DNA of 45,035 bases from Anaerolineae bacterium. GTDB taxonomy: Bacteria; Chloroflexota; Anaerolineae; S016-19. Numbering within the stretch: the first letter of the stretch is position 1; every line of letters starts with the position of its first letter. The stretch is from the NCBI GenBank assembly GCA_027016315.1, contig JALWAP010000026.1:1-45035 (forward strand), written 5' to 3'. The translations under genes were made by a program, and so were the position numbers. Positions 38,527 through 45,035 of this stretch are shown here, piece after piece. Below the pieces are notes generated by a model. The model saw only the letters and a list, made by a program, of their open reading frames with translations. It was not told where the DNA came from and made no database searches.

Positions 38527-39240
38527 ATGTTACTCAAAGTCGAAAACCTCCAGGTTTCTTATGGCGCCATCAAAGCTGTGCAGGGGATCAGCTTTGAAGT
38601 GGATGAAGGGGAAATCGTCTGCATCATCGGAGCGAATGGCGCGGGGAAGACTTCCACGCTCCGTGCTATCTCTCGGCTGGTGCCGGTTGGCCCCGATACG
38701 AAGATGACGTTCGACGGCAAGAACCTGCTCAATTATCCCGCCCACAAGGTCGTCAGGCAGCTCGGAATCGGGCATGTGCCGGAAGGCCGCAGGCTCTTCG
38801 GTAACCTGACAGTCATGGAGAACTTGATCCTTGCCACTTACGGCCGCAAGGACAAGGAGAACATCCAGAAGGACTTCGAGCTGGTGTTCGACATCTTCCC
38901 CCGGCTTGCAGAGCGCAAGAATCAGAAAGCTGGCACCTTGAGCGGGGGGGAGCAGCAGATGCTGGCCGTCGGGCGGGCGCTGGTGAGCGCCAGGCGGATG
39001 ATGCTGCTGGACGAGCCTTCCATGGGATTGGCTCCGCTTTTGATGCAGGAGATGTTCGAATCGCTGAAGAAGATCAACCAGGAAGGCACCACCATTCTCC
39101 TGGTGGAGCAGAACGCCAACATGGCGCTTCAGTTTGCCCAGCGAGGGTATGTGCTCGAATCCGGGAAGCTGGTTCTCGAAGGCCCCACCAGCGAACTGAT
39201 GGCCAATCCGAAGGTCAAGGAAGCGTACTTGGGAGGCTGA
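38527..39240 (+). CDS. livF: Branched-chain amino acid ABC ATPase
   Basis: GANGAGKTS, VPEGRRLF, LSGGEQQM, DEPSMGLAP. Confidence 0.93.
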   Translation: MLLKVENLQVSYGAIKAVQGISFEVDEGEIVCIIGANGAGKTSTLRAISRLVPVGPDTKMTFDGKNLLNYPAHKVVRQLGIGHVPEGRRLFGNLTVMENLILATYGRKDKENIQKDFELVFDIFPRLAERKNQKAGTLSGGEQQMLAVGRALVSARRMMLLDEPSMGLAPLLMQEMFESLKKINQEGTTILLVEQNANMALQFAQRGYVLESGKLVLEGPTSELMANPKVKEAYLGG

Positions 39241-39241
39241 T

Positions 39242-40045
39242 TTGCGCCGTCGTTGGTGGTTGGCGCTGGCGGCGATCGCGCTTTCCGTTTTCGCTGTCGC
39301 TTTCATGCTCTCCGTGGAGCGTGGGCGCGAGGAAGCCCCGAAAGGCATGGTTCGAGTGCCTGCAGGGGCTTTTCTCATGGGCAGCGATGGCGGGCGTGCC
39401 GACGAAAAGCCGCCTCATCTGGTGAGCCTTCCCGCCTTCTACATCGACGAATACGAAGTCACCGTCGCACAATACGTTGAGTTCCTGAACCGACTCGGGA
39501 GGCTCTACGGGTGCGATGGTCACAAATGCGCCGACGTGAAATCGGAGAATCCGCAAAGCCACATCCTTGCCGTGGGGAACGGATTCGCTGCGGAGAAAGG
39601 GTTCGAAAACCATCCGGTTACGTGGGTTAGCTGGTATGGGGCCGATGCATACTGCCGGTTCGTGCACAAGCGACTTCCCACGGAGGCGGAGTGGGAGAAA
39701 GCGGCGCGGGGCACGGATGGACGTCGCTATCCGTGGGGAGATAAGTTCGATCCGGAGAAGGCAAACGCCGGAGGCGTGCTCTCCGGGACCACACCCGTCG
39801 GCAGCTATCCCGACGGCAGAAGCCCGTACGGAGCGTTCGACATGGCAGGAAACGTGTGGGAATGGGTTGCCGACTGGTATCACCCGTATCCGGGTAGCGG
39901 GTACACTTCTCCGTTCTTTGGGAAGTACAAAGTCGTGCGCGGAGGCTCGTGGAACCATCCTTACGTCGACGCGAGAACCACCAGCCGTGATTTCGCTTTT
40001 CCGGCGCGTCGCATCCGCGTGGTCGGGTTCAGGTGTGCAAAGTAA
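39242..40045 (+). CDS. Secreted or membrane-anchored FGE-sulfatase (SUMF1-like) domain protein
   Basis: FLMGS, YEVTVAQY, HPVTWVSW, RLPTEAEWEKAARG, DMAGNVWEW, RGGSW, GFRC; N-terminal hydrophobic helix. Confidence 0.88.
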   Translation: MRRRWWLALAAIALSVFAVAFMLSVERGREEAPKGMVRVPAGAFLMGSDGGRADEKPPHLVSLPAFYIDEYEVTVAQYVEFLNRLGRLYGCDGHKCADVKSENPQSHILAVGNGFAAEKGFENHPVTWVSWYGADAYCRFVHKRLPTEAEWEKAARGTDGRRYPWGDKFDPEKANAGGVLSGTTPVGSYPDGRSPYGAFDMAGNVWEWVADWYHPYPGSGYTSPFFGKYKVVRGGSWNHPYVDARTTSRDFAFPARRIRVVGFRCAK

Positions 40046-40067
40046 CCGGCTTCGGTTTGGATGGAGG

Positions 40068-40076
40068 TGGTATAAT
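40068..40076 (+). promoter_or_regulatory. Extended -10 element upstream of hflX
   Basis: TGGTATAAT about 60 nt before the ATG. Confidence 0.5.
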
Positions 40077-40137
40077 CTGCTGGGTTTATGGTGTTTTCTG
40101 GTGTGATGGGACGGATCTGGAGGTGAGAAAGCCGTAG

Positions 40138-41439
40138 ATGCAGCGAGACGGGAATTGGGAGGAAGAGGAGAAAGCTGTACTGGTCGGAGTGGAGCTTCCG
40201 CGGGAGAGGAGCATCTTTGGCGTGGAGGAATCCCTGGACGAACTGGCTGCGCTGGCACGCACAGCCGGGATAAAAGTCGTTGGGCGCTTGAGTCAGCGCT
40301 TGGATAGACCCTACCCAGCCACCCTCATCGGCCCCGGAAAGATCGAGGAACTCAAAGACGAAATCGCCCTGTCCGGGGCTAATGTCGTCATCTTCGACGA
40401 AGAGCTTTCCCCAAGGCAGCAGCGGGAGCTGGAAGAACGGCTTGGGGAGCACGTGAAAGTCATCGACAGAACCACGTTGATTCTGGACATTTTCGCCAAA
40501 CACGCCCACACCAGAGAGGGCGTGCTCCAGGTGAGCCTCGCACAGTACCGCTATCGGCTTCCCCGGTTGACCCGTCAGTGGACGCATCTCAGCAGGCAGA
40601 CGGCCAGGACTGCTGCGGGCGTCGGGCTGCGCGGCCCCGGGGAGACGCAGCTCGAGGTAGACAGGCGGGCCATCCGAAAGCGAATCGCGCACCTGGAGAA
40701 GGAGCTTGAGGAGGTCAGGAAGCAGCGCAGCGTGCACCGTCAGCAGCGGCGTAGGGCTTCGCTCCCGGTTGTGGCGCTCGTGGGGTACACCAACGCCGGT
40801 AAGTCGACCTTGTTGAACGCCCTCGCGGACGCAGGCGTGCTGGTGGCCGACAAACTCTTCGCCACCCTGGACCCGGTAACGCGCCGGATATCCCTGCCCG
40901 GCGGGCGAGAAATCCTCGTCACCGACACCGTTTGGTTCATCCAGAAGCTCCCTCCGACGGTCGTGGCTGCGTTTCGGGCTACGCTTGAGGAAGTGCAGGA
41001 AGCGGACGTGCTCCTCCACGTTGTGGACATAACCCATCCGCACGTCCTGGCGCAGGCGAAAGCGGTCGGCGAAGTGCTGGAGGAACTGGGGGTTACGGAC
41101 AAGCCGATAGTGGTCGCTCTGAACAAAATCGATCTGCTGGACGATCCGGCAGAGGCTCGAAAGGTGGCAAAAGCGTTCCCGAACAGCGTGGCGATATCCG
41201 CAGCGAAAAAAATTGGGCTCGACGACTTACTGGAGCGGCTGAAAAGCACGCTCGAAGCCCAGATGGTGAAAGTGGAAGTGATGGTCCCTTACTCCGATGG
41301 AGAGCTGGTAAGCCTGTTCCACCAGAGAGGGGTCGTGGAAAAGGAGGAGCATACGGGAACGGGCACTGTCATAAAAGGACTGCTCCCTGTATGGTTGCTC
41401 CCGAAGTTCCGCGGTCTGATCCAATCCAAATCAGGGTAG
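40138..41439 (+). CDS. hflX: Ribosome-splitting GTPase HflX (G3 motif variant)
   Basis: IDRT.LILDIFA.HA.TREG, RGPGETQLE.DRR, G1 GYTNAGKS, G2 LFATLD, G4 NKID, ISA; G3 reads DTVW. Confidence 0.93.
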   Translation: MQRDGNWEEEEKAVLVGVELPRERSIFGVEESLDELAALARTAGIKVVGRLSQRLDRPYPATLIGPGKIEELKDEIALSGANVVIFDEELSPRQQRELEERLGEHVKVIDRTTLILDIFAKHAHTREGVLQVSLAQYRYRLPRLTRQWTHLSRQTARTAAGVGLRGPGETQLEVDRRAIRKRIAHLEKELEEVRKQRSVHRQQRRRASLPVVALVGYTNAGKSTLLNALADAGVLVADKLFATLDPVTRRISLPGGREILVTDTVWFIQKLPPTVVAAFRATLEEVQEADVLLHVVDITHPHVLAQAKAVGEVLEELGVTDKPIVVALNKIDLLDDPAEARKVAKAFPNSVAISAAKKIGLDDLLERLKSTLEAQMVKVEVMVPYSDGELVSLFHQRGVVEKEEHTGTGTVIKGLLPVWLLPKFRGLIQSKSG

Positions 41440-41484
41440 GCGACGAACCCTGGCGACAGTCTTAGTGCACGAGGAGGTGTGCAA

Positions 41485-43056
41485 ATGAGAGAGTATGTGG
41501 TACACGAGGTCATCAGGCGGACGCTGATCACCGACCCCGAACAGGAAGTCGTTTCGGGCAAGACCAGGCTTACTTACGCCCAACTCTACGGGCGGGTTCT
41601 GCGGCTTGCCAACAGCCTCAAAGAGATCGGCATCGGCAAAGGGACGGTGGTCGGCGTGCTGGACGTGAACACCAACAGGTTCTTCGAACTTCACTATGCC
41701 CTTTCGATGCTCGGTGCAGTGCTCCACACCATCAATTTCCGCCTTCCGCCGGAGCATTTGGTCTACAGCATGATCCACGCAGGGGACGAATGGATTTTCG
41801 TCTCCGATACCTTCGTGAAGGCTGCTGCGCCCCTGACGGGCAAGTTTCCCAACTGGGTCATCATGAGCGACGATCCAAACTACCCGCTGCCGGAGGACGC
41901 CAAGCGGGCGTACCGGTACGAGGAACTGGTCGGTGGCGGGAAGGAGCAGGAACTGCCGGAGGCGGACGACATCCATGACACGGACATCTTCTCGATTTTC
42001 TACACCACCGGAACCACTGGCAAGCCGAAGGGCATCCGGTACACGCACCGGAGCATCCTGCTGGGTGCGCTGCAACTGTTCCACCATCTGGCACTGCACT
42101 CGTCCGGAGCCCACGCAGGTGCGGAGGACGTGATCATGCCGCTGATTCCGTTCTTCCACATCCACGCGTGGGGCGTGGCGTTCTTCCCGGCCTACGTGGG
42201 CGCCAAGCTGGTGCTCCCCGGCGCCGCTGACCCGGCAACCCAGGTGAAGCTCATCGAGAAGGAGGGCGTGACGTGGATGAACATGGTGCCGACCCAGCTT
42301 CACATGCTGTTGGAGCAGCCTGGATTCGGCAGCGTGAAAGTCCTGACCGGCGGTAGTCCGCTCACGTCCGGGCTCGCGAAGGCAGCAGCGGCACGTGGCG
42401 TGAAATTCAGCCTCATCTACGGCGGCTCCGACCAACTCGGCACCGCGATTTCGGTGGTGCCTCGTGGCGTCGATCCCGAAAGCGAGGAGGCACTGGAGTG
42501 GCTAAGGGCCGGAATGAAGCTCCTACCGATGGTCGAAGTATCTGTCCGGGACGAGGCGGGAAACGAAGTGCCCCACGACGGCAAGACTATCGGCTCCGTC
42601 TGGACGAAGAGCCCGTGGCTGCCGGAGGGTTACTACAAGGAGCCGGAACTCACTAAAGAGAGCTACGTCGACGGCTGGTTCAGAACCGGCGACCTGGGAT
42701 TCTTCTACCCCAACGGCATGCTCTACGTAGCCGGTCGGCAGGGATACGCGGTCAAGAGCGGCGGCGAGTGGATTCCCACGGGGATGCTGGAAGCCGTCCT
42801 CTCCGAGCATCCGGCGGTGGCGCTGGTGGCCGTCATCCCGATGCCGGACGAGCGGTGGGGGCAGCGGCCCATGGCGGTCATCAAGCCGAAGGGCGAGGTG
42901 ACGGAGGACGAACTGCGCCAGTTCATGATGGGCAAAGTCTCCGAGGGGAAGATCGCCAAGTTCTGGATTCCGGACAGGTTCGTCTTTGTGGAGGATATCC
43001 CGCTAACGAGCGCCGGGAAGCTGAACAAAGCGGCGCTGCAAAAACAAATCTCGTGA
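41485..43056 (+). CDS. AMP-dependent acyl-CoA synthetase (medium/long-chain fatty acid CoA ligase family)
   Basis: YTTGTTGKPKG, PFFHIHAWG, WFRTGD, KSGGEWI, DERWGQRP, TSAGK. Confidence 0.9.
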   Translation: MREYVVHEVIRRTLITDPEQEVVSGKTRLTYAQLYGRVLRLANSLKEIGIGKGTVVGVLDVNTNRFFELHYALSMLGAVLHTINFRLPPEHLVYSMIHAGDEWIFVSDTFVKAAAPLTGKFPNWVIMSDDPNYPLPEDAKRAYRYEELVGGGKEQELPEADDIHDTDIFSIFYTTGTTGKPKGIRYTHRSILLGALQLFHHLALHSSGAHAGAEDVIMPLIPFFHIHAWGVAFFPAYVGAKLVLPGAADPATQVKLIEKEGVTWMNMVPTQLHMLLEQPGFGSVKVLTGGSPLTSGLAKAAAARGVKFSLIYGGSDQLGTAISVVPRGVDPESEEALEWLRAGMKLLPMVEVSVRDEAGNEVPHDGKTIGSVWTKSPWLPEGYYKEPELTKESYVDGWFRTGDLGFFYPNGMLYVAGRQGYAVKSGGEWIPTGMLEAVLSEHPAVALVAVIPMPDERWGQRPMAVIKPKGEVTEDELRQFMMGKVSEGKIAKFWIPDRFVFVEDIPLTSAGKLNKAALQKQIS

Positions 43057-43086
43057 ACCGCCATCGGTTCGCGAACGGAGGATAAG

Positions 43087-44352
43087 ATGTCTACCGAGGC
43101 GATGTTGACGGAAGAGCAGAAAGAACTCAGGGAGAAGGTGCAGGATTTCGTCAAATCGGTTCCGCGCCAGCTTCTGCTGGACATGGATGCGGACAAAGTG
43201 ACGTACCCGCGGGAGTTCCTGGAGGAAGCGGGGAAGCGTGGGCTGCTGGGACTTCGGTTCGACCCGAAATGGGGCGGTGGCGGAGTGCCATGGACTTCGG
43301 AACTGGTGGCGTTAGAGGAGGTCGGCGTGCTGGGGACGGCTCTGGCGTGCCTCTACTCGCTGGTCTCCATCGTTGGCGAGGCGATTCATGTTTTCGGCAC
43401 CGACGACCAGAAGGAGCGATACTTAAAACCGATGACCGCCGGAAAGCTCACCGTGGCCGAAGGGCTCACGGAGCCGCGGGGCGGATCGGACTTCTTCGCC
43501 GCCACCACCAGGGCCCGGCGGGAAGGCGACGTGTTCTACGTCAGCGGGCAGAAGCGGTTCGTCGTCGGGGCGGAAGGCGCAGACCTGTTCCTGATTTACG
43601 GCAAGGTCGAGGGGATCGACGATCCGAAGAAAGCGATGACCGCGTTCCTCATCGAACGCGGGCCCGGTGTAGAGGTGCACCACGTCTACGGGCTGATGGG
43701 CACCCGCGGCGGTGGGACGGGGCGGATCGTCTTCAAGAACGTGCCGGTGCCCATCGAGAACGTGCTGGGCGGCGAAGCCGGAATCGGCAACGGCACGGCT
43801 GTCTTCCACCAGATGATGATCCCGGAGCGGATGACTTCCGCTGGCGGTGCGGTGGGCATGGGCAGGGCGGCCATCGAGGTGGCGGCCCGCTACGCCGACC
43901 GCCGTTACGCTTTCGGCAGAAAGATTCGGCGGTTCGAGGGGGTGAGCTTCAAGATCGCCGATAGCCTCACGCTGCTGGATGCGGCCAGGGCGATGAACCA
44001 CGCCACGGGTGTAGCGGTGGACAGCGGCACGGTGCCCCCAGGCAAGGTGCGCAGGCTCGTCTCCGAGGCGAAGAAGTTCTCCACGGAAGCGGCGTGGACG
44101 GTGGTGAACCACGCCATGCAGATTCTGGGCGGCATCGGGTACACCAACGTCTTCCCCGTGGAGCGGATGCTCCGGGACGTGCGGCTGATCACCATCTGGA
44201 CCGGCACCAACGAGATCATGAACCTGGTGATCCAGCACGAGTTCTACAAGGAGTTCCTAAGCACCCCGCTCAAAGGCCGGGACATCGAGGGAGATGCTGT
44301 GGAAGCGGATGCAGTGGAGGAAAAAGAGTACAACGAGCCAGGGAGCAGGTAG
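43087..44352 (+). CDS. Acyl-CoA dehydrogenase
   Basis: [45 protein letters not shown]. Confidence 0.92.
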   Translation: MSTEAMLTEEQKELREKVQDFVKSVPRQLLLDMDADKVTYPREFLEEAGKRGLLGLRFDPKWGGGGVPWTSELVALEEVGVLGTALACLYSLVSIVGEAIHVFGTDDQKERYLKPMTAGKLTVAEGLTEPRGGSDFFAATTRARREGDVFYVSGQKRFVVGAEGADLFLIYGKVEGIDDPKKAMTAFLIERGPGVEVHHVYGLMGTRGGGTGRIVFKNVPVPIENVLGGEAGIGNGTAVFHQMMIPERMTSAGGAVGMGRAAIEVAARYADRRYAFGRKIRRFEGVSFKIADSLTLLDAARAMNHATGVAVDSGTVPPGKVRRLVSEAKKFSTEAAWTVVNHAMQILGGIGYTNVFPVERMLRDVRLITIWTGTNEIMNLVIQHEFYKEFLSTPLKGRDIEGDAVEADAVEEKEYNEPGSR

Positions 44353-45035
44353 AAACCTCGTACCCGGCGCGGGGCGAAGCTCCTGCACCGGGTACTCCCT
44401 TGTTGGTACTTTTGCCAGTTCCGAATGACCTGTATCGGACTGGACAATGAATGGCCGGGCTGTTCACATCTCCCAGGGCAACTACCTCCTCCTGGACAGC
44501 TACCACAGCGGCAGGTGTTATCACTGCAGTAAACACAGCTTGGTTGGCCGTTAAACTGTCCATTAGACCAACAACCGCTGGGGTTATTATTCCAATCACT
44601 ACATTGGTGGTGTCCTGAATTATCATCCCATCCGCCAGTGCAACCACCTCCACCTCCGCCGGGTGTTGGTGGTGGGGCGTTGTTGTAGCAGTCGTCATCC
44701 GCCCCCGTGCCCCAGACATGTTCGTGGGGACAGACACCAGTGTGGTCGCCGCCGGTGCAAGGTTCGGAGTAAGCCCCATTGCAGCAGGTCTTGTAAATCT
44801 GGGTGCCGATGGTGCAACCGCCCCGGCTGGCGTCGCAGATGCCCGGCCTCAGGCCGTGTTCGCTGTCGACACAGGAATCGGCCGTCGAGCAGACGCTTTG
44901 GTGCCAGCCGTATTCGTAGGAACATCTATACCCTTTTGGTTCTCCCACACACTCAGCGTTGTAGTAGAAAATCCAAGGGTTCTGGACACAGTCGTCGGCC
45001 GGTTTGGAAAGCCCAGCCCGGTTGCAGTAGTAATC
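44244..45035 (-). CDS. Cys/Gly-rich protein, C-terminal part (starts beyond the window; true 3' end uncertain)
   Basis: Minus-strand frame open from base 45035 ([20 protein letters not shown]...); more than 20 Cys; [11 protein letters not shown] linker. Confidence 0.6.
   Translation of the reverse strand, partial: DYYCNRAGLSKPADDCVQNPWIFYYNAECVGEPKGYRCSYEYGWHQSVCSTADSCVDSEHGLRPGICDASRGGCTIGTQIYKTCCNGAYSEPCTGGDHTGVCPHEHVWGTGADDDCYNNAPPPTPGGGGGGCTGGWDDNSGHHQCSDWNNNPSGCWSNGQFNGQPSCVYCSDNTCRCGSCPGGGSCPGRCEQPGHSLSSPIQVIRNWQKYQQGSTRCRSFAPRRVRGFYLLPGSLYSFSSTASASTASPSMSRPLSGVLRNSL
44360..44395. terminator. Hairpin after the acyl-CoA dehydrogenase gene
   Basis: GTACCCGG...CCGGGTAC with an inner GC stem. 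Confidence 0.55.

Noticed and set aside
39242-40045. FGE-domain gene as a diversity-generating retroelement target
   Set aside because: No template repeat and no reverse transcriptase in the window.

Overview
A GC-rich bacterial chromosomal segment, gene-dense and mostly on the + strand. Gene style (Pro/Thr-linker lipoproteins, SH3b-glycoside hydrolase fusions, PdtaS/PdtaR pair, solo HerA) suggests an anaerobic Chloroflexota (Anaerolineae-like) organism; this is inference only. Content in order: 3' end of lipA, fni, polyprenyl synthase, membrane protein, 5'-nucleotidase with a PEP-CTERM-like tail, DUF167, lipoprotein, tRNA-Pro(GGG), HisKA_2 kinase plus ANTAR regulator, GT2 plus GT-C glycosyltransferases, 3-hydroxybutyryl-CoA dehydrogenase, 2-oxoacid:ferredoxin oxidoreductase (alpha, fused beta-gamma), orphan DUF2442, pepA, methyltransferase, TIM-barrel isomerase, two surface clan GH-A hydrolases, two complete liv ABC operons flanking a solo HerA, FGE-domain protein, hflX, acyl-CoA ligase, acyl-CoA dehydrogenase, and an edge-truncated Cys-rich ORF. 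No CRISPR, rRNA, integrase or transposase is visible. Best leads: a ~175-bp palindromic MITE-like element (3 copies, two in tandem apparently splitting another REP-like hairpin); a LivK made of two near-identical binding domains; long liv leaders that each carry an apparently orphan strong Shine-Dalgarno; a PEP-CTERM-like sorting tail; an HflX with Trp in place of the G3 Gly; and the Cys-rich ORF. I cannot confirm a new system from sequence alone.
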